A stretch of DNA of 64,000 nt from Fimbriimonadales bacterium (GTDB taxonomy: Bacteria; Armatimonadota; Fimbriimonadia; Fimbriimonadales; JABRVX01), in the NCBI GenBank assembly GCA_045862955.1, contig BTVI01000019.1, forward strand, positions 981 through 64,980, read 5' to 3'. Shown here piece by piece: positions 1-8,459 of this stretch. The translations under genes and the position numbers were made by a program. The notes beneath the pieces are model-generated. The model was not told the DNA's origin. It did not search any database and worked only from the letters and a program-made list of their open reading frames with translations. Position 1 is the stretch's first letter, and each line of letters opens with the position of its first letter.

Positions 1-175
1 CCTCGACGAACCCGAGGGCTAATACGAGCACGAGAAGGAGGATGAAGGGGAGGCCGCCGGGCGCGACGACCACGAGGACCGCCAGCGGTGCAGCGACAGC
101 TGCAGTCAGGACCCGCGCTCGGAGCGCGCCTGCAGGTGGCGCGGCGCGCGGGCTAGCCCGGTCCCCCTCACTCAT
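1..175 (-). CDS. Partial (N-terminal part only) membrane protein, possibly phosphatidate cytidylyltransferase (CdsA-like)
   Basis: Minus-strand ATG at 173-175 reads off the window edge. My translation is MSEGDRASPRAAPPAGALRARVLTAAVAAPLAVLVVVAPGGLPFILLLVLVLALGFVE, a hydrophobic N-terminus with the R-V-L-T-A...E pattern common at CdsA N-termini. It is absent from the ORF track because it is truncated. Confidence 0.3.
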   Translation of the reverse strand, partial: MSEGDRASPRAAPPAGALRARVLTAAVAAPLAVLVVVAPGGLPFILLLVLVLALGFVE

Positions 176-197
176 CGGCTGGCAGGATACCAGAGCG

Positions 198-833
198 CTA
201 GTTGGGCCAGCACTTCATGGCTATCTGCACGCGGTTGTTCAGTCCTAGTTTCTTCAGTATCCGGCTCACTAAGTTCTTGACGCTCTGCTCGCTGAGTTCC
301 AGCTTCATGGCGATCTCTCGGTTGGAGAGCCCCTGTGCGACCAGGGCTGCGATATCGTTCTCTCGCTGGCTGAGCCCGCAGTTGCCGCGGCGCGACTGCC
401 TCGACACGGGCGCTGTGCCCTCCAGCAGTTCCCACGTCTTGCCGGAAGCGACCATGCCGAGCGCCTTCAGCAGGGTTTCCGTGCTGTCGGATCGCCGCAG
501 GATGCCCCGGACCCCCGAAGGGATGGAGCTGGGAGTCAGCCGAGTCAGTTCGTCAGCCAAGAGAACAACGTGGCACGAGGGCGCCTGGGTAGTCATTGCA
601 TCGAACTGGCCGCGCGTCATTTCGTCGGCTATCGCGGCACACAGCAGCAAGATGTCGGGTTGTGCATCTCTGCACATCTCGACCACGTCGCAGCTCGAGC
701 CGGTGCTACCCACCACGGTGATGTGCGGATAGCCGGAAAGCAAGCTCACCAAACCTTCTCGACAGAGGGTCAGCGAGTCCGCGATCGCGACCCGCATTCT
801 GACCGCAGTGGAGCCGTGTACATGGTTAGACAT
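198..833 (-). CDS. LuxR/NarL-family response regulator with a degenerate (pseudo-)receiver domain
   Basis: 211-aa ORF. The C-terminus is a LuxR-type HTH (LSQRENDIAALVAQGLSNREIAMKLELSEQSVKNLVSRILKKLGL). The N-terminus has a CheY-like layout, but key acidic and Lys positions are substituted (see findings). Confidence 0.8.
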   Translation of the reverse strand: MSNHVHGSTAVRMRVAIADSLTLCREGLVSLLSGYPHITVVGSTGSSCDVVEMCRDAQPDILLLCAAIADEMTRGQFDAMTTQAPSCHVVLLADELTRLTPSSIPSGVRGILRRSDSTETLLKALGMVASGKTWELLEGTAPVSRQSRRGNCGLSQRENDIAALVAQGLSNREIAMKLELSEQSVKNLVSRILKKLGLNNRVQIAMKCWPN

Positions 834-1236
834 CGTTGTCTCCTCCAGATGCTAGCGCTACCAGCCCAGACGCCGTCGTCTTCGTCCGGGGCCTCGTCTT
901 CGCAGCAACGGGCCGCGCGCATGCACCTGATGCGTCTTCTTCAAGACCGAGAGTATTATATCGTTATCATTTCGGCTTCGGCAACACGCGACGCGTAAGA
1001 GGATGGTTTCAGATGGGCGATGTTCCGTCAAGTTCTGTCTGAACTGGGTACGGGTTGTGGGATTATGTGCCATAGCTAAATAATCGTAAGCCCGCATTTT
1101 CACGCGCTCTGCGGGATTGTGAGGCAGGAGAACTGGGGCTTTGCCGCCGAAGATTGGAGCCGATGGGGGAAACAAACGGGTCTTCCGCCCGCCCGGTCCG
1201 TGAATGGGGCCGATCTTCCGGAAGGTTGGGTGTCGG

Positions 1237-1584
1237 ATGTTCGCTCTAAACTTCTACTCGGATATCTACGGAGACGTTCTGCGGAACGACCGCAAGACGG
1301 CAACAATCCGCCTTGGTGACAAGTCGAAGAAGTATGCCGAGGGTCAGCTAGTGTGGGTGACGGTCGGTCGGCGATTCGGACGCCGCCAGAAGCTGTACAC
1401 GGCGATCATCGACCGAGTCGAGGTGAAGCCGCTGGAGGAGCTTTCGCCGCGAGACATCGAGCGGGAAAACCCCGAGTTCCGGACGCACGACGACGTTATT
1501 GGCCTGCTGTCGCGCATCTACGACGACGTGATCACGCCGCATCACCTGGTCACGGTGGTTCACTTCTCCCGCGTGCACGAGTAA
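1237..1584 (+). CDS. ASCH (PUA-like) domain protein
   Basis: ORF 1204..1584. An internal ATG at 1237 is preceded by GGAAGG. The pattern KTATIRLGDK...GQLVWV...AIIDRVEVKPLEELSPRDIEREN resembles ASCH-domain proteins. The family call is from memory. Confidence 0.5.
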   Translation: MFALNFYSDIYGDVLRNDRKTATIRLGDKSKKYAEGQLVWVTVGRRFGRRQKLYTAIIDRVEVKPLEELSPRDIERENPEFRTHDDVIGLLSRIYDDVITPHHLVTVVHFSRVHE

Positions 1585-1893
1585 CAGCTCGTTCGACCGG
1601 GAAGGAGCTGTCCGGGGCGCCGCTCATCGGCTGCCCAGCGTTCGCCGGCATGGACCGCACAGGTCGTATAGACACACCCGGACAGCGCGGAGTGAGCCAT
1701 CGGCACCGTATCGGGAACGCCTGATAGGCCCCGCGTAGCCCTTTGTGTTTGGGCAGTCGGCAGGCACATCGCAAAGCGTCCGAAGGAGAGGCCAGAGCAC
1801 GGAAGCCTATTCGTCAGACCCGGCGGCGGGAACTCAGCCCTCGCGTTGCAGGCCTCGGTAATGGTCTCGCGCGGTGAAGTCGCGGGTGGCCGA

Positions 1894-2670
1894 CTACAGG
1901 TAGCCCAGCGCCTTGTGCAACTGGGGGATTACGCGCACATCGGCCCCGCGGCGGGAGAGCTCTGCTGCCCAAAGGAGCAATTGACCAGCGCTGGGGGGCT
2001 TCTGTTCGGGGGTTACCGAAGTCACCGGCTGAAGAACCAGCGTCACCATATGCCGCATACACAGCTCTGCAGCCCGCTCGAGCTCCTCCTCCAGCGTGTC
2101 GGCTGCCACCACGCACTTTGCGAACACCTGTGCGCGCGACGCACATGCGACCTCCAGGAATGCATCGTGACGGTCGAAAAGGTCCGTGTCCTGCGAGACC
2201 GAGGGCAGCTTGATGTCAGCGGCGATCCAGTCCACCCACAGCACCACGCGCGAAAGCTGACGTACCAAGTCGCCGGCAGTCTCGAGATACACGCGCAGCC
2301 GGCGCTCGCGCAGTAGGGGGAAAAGCTCCACTAGCCCCTCTGCCTGGAGCAGCGGCTCTCCGCCCGTGATGGCGACCGAGTGGTGGGGTCCATAGCGCCG
2401 TTCGAGCTCCGCAATGACCTCCAGGGCGGCTTCCGGCTCCACCGGGTTGGCCTCCGAACGAAACTGCTGCGAGCCTGGTGGGTCTTCAATGCGGAAGCGG
2501 GGCGGAAGGAATCCCTTCGGCTGCAACACCGACTTGGTCTCCGGAGTGTCGCAGTACACGCAGTCCAAGTGGCATCCGAACAGGCGGACGAACAGTTGGC
2601 GCACGCCGACCAGCAGCCCTTCACCCTGGATGGAGGAGAACACCTCCTGCAAGACGAGCGGGCGGCTCAC
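1894..2670 (-). CDS. queE: 7-carboxy-7-deazaguanine synthase (radical SAM)
   Basis: 258 aa. The N-terminal FSSIQGEG motif and the cluster motif FGCHLDCVYCDT are typical of QueE. Its start overlaps the queD stop by 4 nt. Confidence 0.85.
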   Translation of the reverse strand: MSRPLVLQEVFSSIQGEGLLVGVRQLFVRLFGCHLDCVYCDTPETKSVLQPKGFLPPRFRIEDPPGSQQFRSEANPVEPEAALEVIAELERRYGPHHSVAITGGEPLLQAEGLVELFPLLRERRLRVYLETAGDLVRQLSRVVLWVDWIAADIKLPSVSQDTDLFDRHDAFLEVACASRAQVFAKCVVAADTLEEELERAAELCMRHMVTLVLQPVTSVTPEQKPPSAGQLLLWAAELSRRGADVRVIPQLHKALGYL

Positions 2671-3011
2671 TGGGGGGAGTAGCGGCAGGCGCAGTCGGCG
2701 GTCTCCCAGACGGTGACTGCGCTGACCGGCAAGCCCCGTTCGGCCAGCCTACCGAATAGCCACTCTGCGATTGCCTCGGCTGTGGTGGCTCCAGGAAGCA
2801 CTTCGTTGAGATAGGTGTGGTCGGGGACTACATCCGCCAGGGCGCGCTTGAGATCGCCGAAGTCCACCACCATGCCGAGACCATCCAGCTCTCGGCCCGT
2901 GAACTCTGCTTCGACCTCGTATCGATGGCCGTGCAGGCGACTGCAGGCGCCGGGATGGCCCGGAATGCAGTGCGCGGCCTCGAACTGCGTCCTGACGCGA
3001 AGCGTGTACAT
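2667..3011 (-). CDS. queD: 6-carboxy-5,6,7,8-tetrahydropterin synthase
   Basis: 114 aa. FEAAHCIPGHPGACSRLHGHRYEVEAEF carries the PTPS/QueD Cys and His-x-His zinc/catalytic signature. Confidence 0.85.
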   Translation of the reverse strand: MYTLRVRTQFEAAHCIPGHPGACSRLHGHRYEVEAEFTGRELDGLGMVVDFGDLKRALADVVPDHTYLNEVLPGATTAEAIAEWLFGRLAERGLPVSAVTVWETADCACRYSPQ

Positions 3012-3041
3012 CGTGAGGATCTTAGCACGCGCGGGCTCGGC

Positions 3042-3461
3042 TCAGGTGCCGAGCAAGACGTCCGTCTCGCGAACGAACGCGAGCACACGGGAGCCGGGCT
3101 GCAATCCCATGCGCCGGGCGGAGGCTGCTGGGATGAGAGCGACCATCTCCTGGCCACCATCGAGGATCATCGTGACCTCGGCGAGGCCCTTGTCCATGTT
3201 GACCTGCTTCACCGTGCCCATCAGGCGGTTTCGCGTGCTGACTTCCAGGGCCAGCGGCAGCTCGGGTTCGGCAACCACTTTCGGCCCGAGAAGTTCGGCA
3301 CGGATCACCGCGACCTGCTCGGGTGAGTACCAGCGCCAGTTGCGCCAGTCGCGTTCTGGCGCGGGGATTTTGCCCGTGCGTTCCCACATGTAGAGCGTCT
3401 TCGGAGTCACCCCGAGCGCTGCGGCGGCTTCCGATCGGCTGAGCTTGCCTTGCTTCTCCAT
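3042..3461 (-). CDS. HTH (MerR/excisionase-type) regulator fused to a TOBE/Mop molybdate-binding domain
   Basis: Start re-picked at MEKQGK (the 179-aa track ORF has an implausible Arg/Cys-rich extension). The HTH is LSRSEAAAALGVTPKTLYMWERTGKIP. The C-terminus STRNRLMGTVKQVNMDKGLAEVTMILDGGQEMVALIPAASARRMGLQPGSRVLAFVRETDVLL matches the Mop/TOBE pattern (SARNxLxGxV...). Confidence 0.75.
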   Translation of the reverse strand: MEKQGKLSRSEAAAALGVTPKTLYMWERTGKIPAPERDWRNWRWYSPEQVAVIRAELLGPKVVAEPELPLALEVSTRNRLMGTVKQVNMDKGLAEVTMILDGGQEMVALIPAASARRMGLQPGSRVLAFVRETDVLLGT

Positions 3462-3548
3462 GGCTCGATAGTCTTGGATTCGACGGGCGGCGCCGACTCC
3501 TGCACCGGGGCAGGATTCCCTCTCCCGCCGGGGAAGGCAATCGGTGAG

Positions 3549-5501
3549 ATGGATGCACCGACTCGACCCGAGTTTCTTCACATCCCACCGGGCGGGCAGT
3601 TGCTTCTCTACGTCCTATCTGCCCTGGTGGTGTTGGCGCTGGTTTTCTGCATCTGGCGGCGAATGCGCCTCTGGATGCAGGGGAAGCCCACTCCCTATTC
3701 GCTGCGACCGGATTGGGCACGACTGCGTGCCATTTTGCGCGATGTGTTGTTGCAGCGCAAGGTGACCCGCTCGCGCAAGACGTTCGGCGCACCGATGCAC
3801 TGGCTGCTGTTCAGCGGCTTCGTAATCCTGTTCATCGGCACTACACTGCTTGCTATTCACCACTGGGCACCCGAGGGACTGAAGTTTCACCGTGGCACCT
3901 ATTACCTAGTCTACGAGGTGACGCTAGACGTCTTTGGTGTTGTGCTGTTCATCGGGCTGTTAGGAGCTATCGGGAGAAGGTATTTCGCCAAGCCGAAGTC
4001 GCTGGGACGGGAACCATCGGACCTATGGCTGTTAGGCTCTCTGTTAGCCATCACGATAACAGGATTCCTGGTCGAGGGAGGCCGCATTGAGCTGGTGCCG
4101 CAGCCGTATGACATCTACTCCCCCGTCGGATTAGGTGTGTCGCGGTGGATGGGATGGATCGATCCGGTATCGTACCAGGTGCTGTGGTGGGTGCATGCGG
4201 GCCTGGTGTTCGGGTTTCTCGTCACACTGCCCTTCACGCGCATTCGTCACATCGTGTACGCGATCTTCTCCACTTACATGGCGCCAGCGCGGCCGATGGG
4301 TGCGTTGGCACCTGTGTCCATGGAGGATGTGGAGAAGACCGGGAAGGTGGGTGCGAGCGAATGGCGAGATTATGATAGGTATCAACTCGCCTCGCTAGAC
4401 GCTTGCATGGAGTGTGGTCGCTGCACCGACGTTTGCCCGGCTACGGGCGTAGGCAAGTCCCTGGACCCACAGAGAATCGTGCAGGACCTACGTTCGATCG
4501 TGGGCAATGGCAAGCCGGTGGCCGAGGCGCTGTCCGAGGAAGCGTTGTGGGACTGCACCACATGCAACGCGTGTGTGCGCGAGTGCCCCGTGAACATTCG
4601 GCATGTAGACCTCATCGTGGATGCCAGGCGGTCGCTGGTAGCGGAAGGCAGGTTCGCGGGAACGGGCGCTAACATGCTGCGGCAGCTGGGTTCGACGATG
4701 AACGCATGGGGAGCATCGGGGACCGACCGCGAGGCGTGGATGGAGGGCCTCGACGTGCCGCTGGTACGTGACACGCCGCAGTTCGACGTACTGCTTTGGG
4801 TGGGGTGCGCGGGAGCCGTGGACAAGGGCGCCCAAAAGACGAACCGGGCGTTGGTAGGATTGCTCAAGCAGGCGGGTGTTAGTTTCGCGTGTCTCGGCAA
4901 CGAGGAGGTCTGTACGGGAGACCCGGCACGCAGGCTGGGAGAGGAGTTCTTGTTCCAAGCAATGGGCGAGGCGAATATCCAGACGTTCAAGCAGCGTGGC
5001 GTGAAGCGAATCCTGACTGCGTGTCCGCACTGCTATAACACCTTCGCCAATGAGTACCCGCAGTTCGGCGGGGTGTTCGAGGTGGAGCACCATACACAGT
5101 TCCTCGCACGCTTGGTGGCAGAGGGCAAGATCACGCCGCCGCGGGTGGGCAGCAAGGTGGCATGGCACGATCCGTGTTATGTGTCACGGGTGAATCGTGA
5201 CCCGCATTCGGCGCGCAAGGTGCTTCTGCCGATGCTCGACGGCTCCCTTCACGCGCCACGCGCCAAGGGCTTCGACACATTGTGTTGCGGCGCGGGCGGA
5301 GGGCGTATGTGGATGGAGGAGCCCGCAGAGAAGCGTCCCGGCAATCGCCGCGCCGAGCAACTGCTCGCTACGGGTGCGGAGACCATCGCGGTCGGGTGTC
5401 CCTTCTGCCGAATCATGCTCGGCGACAGTCTGGCGTTCCTGCGTCCGGACGGCGAGGTGAGGCTGGTGGACCTGGCGGAGATGTTGGCAGGGGAGGAGTA
5501 G
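3549..5501 (+). CDS. Membrane-anchored Fe-S oxidoreductase: NarI/DsrM-like transmembrane N-domain fused to an HdrD/GlpC/DsrK-like 2x[4Fe-4S] plus CCG domains
   Basis: Several TM helices in residues ~40-260. Ferredoxin motifs CMECGRCTDVCP and CTTCNACVRECP. CCG-type motifs (ACPHCYNTF, HDPCY, CCGAGGG, GCPFCRIML). Start chosen at MDAPTRPEF (3549). Confidence 0.7.
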   Translation: MDAPTRPEFLHIPPGGQLLLYVLSALVVLALVFCIWRRMRLWMQGKPTPYSLRPDWARLRAILRDVLLQRKVTRSRKTFGAPMHWLLFSGFVILFIGTTLLAIHHWAPEGLKFHRGTYYLVYEVTLDVFGVVLFIGLLGAIGRRYFAKPKSLGREPSDLWLLGSLLAITITGFLVEGGRIELVPQPYDIYSPVGLGVSRWMGWIDPVSYQVLWWVHAGLVFGFLVTLPFTRIRHIVYAIFSTYMAPARPMGALAPVSMEDVEKTGKVGASEWRDYDRYQLASLDACMECGRCTDVCPATGVGKSLDPQRIVQDLRSIVGNGKPVAEALSEEALWDCTTCNACVRECPVNIRHVDLIVDARRSLVAEGRFAGTGANMLRQLGSTMNAWGASGTDREAWMEGLDVPLVRDTPQFDVLLWVGCAGAVDKGAQKTNRALVGLLKQAGVSFACLGNEEVCTGDPARRLGEEFLFQAMGEANIQTFKQRGVKRILTACPHCYNTFANEYPQFGGVFEVEHHTQFLARLVAEGKITPPRVGSKVAWHDPCYVSRVNRDPHSARKVLLPMLDGSLHAPRAKGFDTLCCGAGGGRMWMEEPAEKRPGNRRAEQLLATGAETIAVGCPFCRIMLGDSLAFLRPDGEVRLVDLAEMLAGEE

Positions 5502-5799
5502 CGACACCAACGCCAACACACATCCCCGGGGGGCCGCCGCAGGATTCCCACAGCGATCTTGGCGCTTTCTCTGCGAGCTCAGCGTGATAGTCCAAGCCGT
5601 TCTGGGGCGGCACCCAGCCGCGATCGGGCGGCAGTCAGGCTTCGAGGGGTGAACTCGCGCAGAGGGCGCAAGGAGGTCTCAGAGAGCGCAGAGCGCTGAT
5701 AGCAGGCCAACACGGGTAACGGGCTGTCGCCAAGTGCAACGGTGTGAAAGCCCCAGACTGGGAGAGGGAGAGCGGGGCCCCGCGGCGAAGTGCGAAGGC

Positions 5800-7302
5800 A
5801 TGAGCGAGCTGTTCCTTGGCATAGACGTCGGCACTTCGGGCCTCAAAGCGCTGGTAGTGGACCGAGACGGGAGAGTGCGCGGTCGCGGACTCGCCGAGTA
5901 CCCGCTTCACATCCCGCAGCCGCTGTGGGCGGAGCAGGACCCCGACGATTGGTGGGCCGGTGCTGCCACCGCCGTGCGCTCTGCGCTGGCCGAAGCGGGC
6001 GAAGGCCCTGTCGGCGCTTTGGGCCTCACCGGCCAGATGCACGGATCGGTGTTCTTGGATTCCGATGGGTCCGTCATCCGTCCCGCCATCCTATGGTGTG
6101 ATCAACGCACCGAAGCCGAGTGCCACGAGATCGAAGAGCGGGTACCTAACCTGGTAGAGATCACGTGCAACCCTGCCCTAACAGGCTTCACCGCACCGAA
6201 GGTGTTATGGTTACGCAAGAACGAACCCGCGAACTATGCACGTGTGCATCGTGTGCTACTACCTAAGGACTTTCTTCGTTACCGACTGACAGGCGTAGCC
6301 GCAACAGAGGTTTCGGATGCCTCGGGCACGAGCCTATTCGATGTGCCGAAGCGCACCTGGTCCGGTGAGGTGCTGGATCGTTTGGAGATTCCTAGAGAGT
6401 GGATGGCGCCAGTGTCCGAGTCGCCGGAAGTGACGGCACGCGTGTCCGCCGAGGGTGCCCGTCACATCGGGGTACCGGAAGGCACGCCGGTAGTAGGTGG
6501 CGGGGGCGATCAGGCTGCGGGGGCCGTGGGTGTCGGCATCGTGGGGCCCGGATTGGTGTCCGCCGCGATAGGCACCAGTGGAGTGGTCTTCACCACGCTG
6601 GACTCGCCAGAAGTGGACCCTGCCCTGAGCGCTCATACGTTCTGCCATGCGGTGCCGGGAAAGTGGCACGTGATGGGTGTTATGCTTGCGGCCGGTGGCA
6701 GCCTGCGGTGGTTTCGCGATACATTCTGTGAGGCGGAGAAGAAGCTGGCGAAGGAGCAGGGCCGTGACGCGTACGAGCTCATCTCGGAGCAGGCTGCAAC
6801 TGTCCCTCATGGAGCCGAGGGGTTAGTATTCCTTCCTTATCTTACTGGCGAGCGCACGCCGCACAAAGACCCCGCGGCACGGGGGGTGTTCTTCGGTGTC
6901 ACACTCAGTCACACCCGCGCGCACTTCGCTCGCGCTGTCATGGAGGGAGTGGCTTTCGGCCTACGCGACTCCTATCGGTTACTACAGGACATGGGTGCGA
7001 GTATCGGCGAAGTGCGTGCTTCTGGCGGTGGGGCGCGGAGCGATCTGTGGCTGCAGATTCTGGCAGACGTGACGGACCGACCCCACGTGCGAGTGGCGGT
7101 GGACGAAGGACCGGCTTACGGAGCCGCGCTGTTAGCGGGCGTGGGGGTCGGCGCATGGCCCAGCGTGGAAGCGGCTTGCGATGCAACGGTTCGGACTCTG
7201 GGTTGCTTTCGACCCGATGCGGATAGACATATGTTGTATGAGAACCGTTATACTCTCTTCCGCAATCTGTACAGCGACCTGAAGGCGCGGTTCCGCGAAT
7301 GA
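5800..7302 (+). CDS. xylB: Xylulokinase (FGGY carbohydrate kinase)
   Basis: Start at MSELFLGIDVGTSGLKALVVD. It has FGGY signatures (GQMHGSV, GGGDQAAGAVG, SGGGARS) and a length of ~500 aa typical of XylB. Confidence 0.8.
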   Translation: MSELFLGIDVGTSGLKALVVDRDGRVRGRGLAEYPLHIPQPLWAEQDPDDWWAGAATAVRSALAEAGEGPVGALGLTGQMHGSVFLDSDGSVIRPAILWCDQRTEAECHEIEERVPNLVEITCNPALTGFTAPKVLWLRKNEPANYARVHRVLLPKDFLRYRLTGVAATEVSDASGTSLFDVPKRTWSGEVLDRLEIPREWMAPVSESPEVTARVSAEGARHIGVPEGTPVVGGGGDQAAGAVGVGIVGPGLVSAAIGTSGVVFTTLDSPEVDPALSAHTFCHAVPGKWHVMGVMLAAGGSLRWFRDTFCEAEKKLAKEQGRDAYELISEQAATVPHGAEGLVFLPYLTGERTPHKDPAARGVFFGVTLSHTRAHFARAVMEGVAFGLRDSYRLLQDMGASIGEVRASGGGARSDLWLQILADVTDRPHVRVAVDEGPAYGAALLAGVGVGAWPSVEAACDATVRTLGCFRPDADRHMLYENRYTLFRNLYSDLKARFRE

Positions 7303-8459
7303 TGGGGCGTGAGCGGATAGATATCCGGATTGATATGCAACGGGCCGAGGCTGCGCGGCGGCGTTTCGAGGCTCTGGAGCGATTCGAGTACGTGGATCGC
7401 GTGCCTGTAAGCATGGGCTTCGAGGCGCAGTTCTTCCTGGCGGAACGAGGAGTCTCCTGGGAGGAGTACTTCTCGGACCCCGTTACTCAGATGCGCCATC
7501 AACTCCTGAACCGGAAGCTACTATACGAGATGGCCCCGGACGATCGACCCTTCGATGGCACTATCACACTCAATCCCGATTTTCAGAACGTCGTGAACTC
7601 CAGCGCCGCTGGGTGCGAGATCGAATGGCTGGCCAACGATCCGCCGCGCGCCAAGCCGTTTCTTCGTGACGAGGTGGACCTCCGGCAGCTTCAGAAACCT
7701 GCTCCCGATGCAGGGCTTTGGGGCAGGTCGTTGCAGTGGTATCGTGCTATGCTCGAGGCCAGAGACCGGTTCGATGTGCGAGTGAATGGGGAGTCGGTCC
7801 CTCTCAACATCCACGTGGGAGTGACGGGTGACACGCCTTTCATTATGATGGTGGATGCCGCACAGCAGAACCTGTTCGTGTGGATGATGGAATGCCCGGA
7901 GCTGCTGCGCGATGCGATGTCCAAACTGACACAGGGTATCATCGAGGCGGAATACGCCTTTCGTCGGATGCGTGGTGCAGAGCTCGACTACGGGTTCTGG
8001 CTCTCGGATGACCCGGTGCCCATGCTCAGCAACGAGCAGTATCGGGAGCACGTCGCTCCTCACACGCTAGCGCTTTACGAAGCGTTGTCACGTCCGGGCG
8101 CACCCAGAGGCATGCACCTGTGTGGTCGCAACACCCACGTGATACCGACCCTCATAGATTACCTCCACATCACCTCCTTGGATGGTGCCGGATACGTGAA
8201 TCGTCCCGAAGACTACGTGGGCACCCTCGCGGGCAAAGTGGTGTTCCGCGGTAACCTAGACCCCATGCTACTGCTGAACGGACCCGTTAGCGAGATCGAG
8301 CGTGCCGCGCACCATGTGATGTCGGTGTTGGCTCCCTATGGCGGACTGCACTTGCAGGATGGCTATAACATTTGTCCACATACACCGTGGGAGCACATTC
8401 GTGCGGTGGTCGACGCGGCGGAGGAGCACGGCCTTCCGCGCCTGGAGCGGCCCGCATGA
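7299..8459 (+). CDS. URO-D-like (uroporphyrinogen decarboxylase / MtaA-CmuA methyltransferase superfamily) protein
   Basis: 386 aa. The C-terminal half (HLCGRNTHVIPTLIDYL...GNLDPMLLLNG...LQDGYNICPHTPWEHIRAVVDAAEEHG) follows the URO-D family layout. Its ATG overlaps the xylB stop (ATGA). Confidence 0.6.
   Translation: MMGRERIDIRIDMQRAEAARRRFEALERFEYVDRVPVSMGFEAQFFLAERGVSWEEYFSDPVTQMRHQLLNRKLLYEMAPDDRPFDGTITLNPDFQNVVNSSAAGCEIEWLANDPPRAKPFLRDEVDLRQLQKPAPDAGLWGRSLQWYRAMLEARDRFDVRVNGESVPLNIHVGVTGDTPFIMMVDAAQQNLFVWMMECPELLRDAMSKLTQGIIEAEYAFRRMRGAELDYGFWLSDDPVPMLSNEQYREHVAPHTLALYEALSRPGAPRGMHLCGRNTHVIPTLIDYLHITSLDGAGYVNRPEDYVGTLAGKVVFRGNLDPMLLLNGPVSEIERAAHHVMSVLAPYGGLHLQDGYNICPHTPWEHIRAVVDAAEEHGLPRLERPA

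Noticed and set aside
858-1175. 105-aa minus-strand ORF, and small plus-strand ORFs, in the 400-bp divergent region between the response regulator and the ASCH gene.
   Set aside because: The region has lower GC and is promoter-like. There is no recognisable family, no SD at a sensible distance, and the ORF ends in an Arg-rich run.
1585-1893. Possible SRP (4.5S) RNA or another structured RNA in the 309-bp convergent gap, suggested by GTCCGAAGGAGAGGCCAGAGCACGGAAGCC.
   Set aside because: It does not match the conserved SRP helix-8 sequence (GGUCCGGAAGGAAGCAGC) closely enough, and I could not fold a convincing long helix by eye.
3012-3041. preQ1 riboswitch upstream of queD/queE.
   Set aside because: Only 30 nt separate queD from the upstream same-strand gene. 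The shared 87-bp divergent region (3462-3548) shows no obvious preQ1-I hairpin or A-rich tail that I could recognise. This needs Infernal to be definitive.
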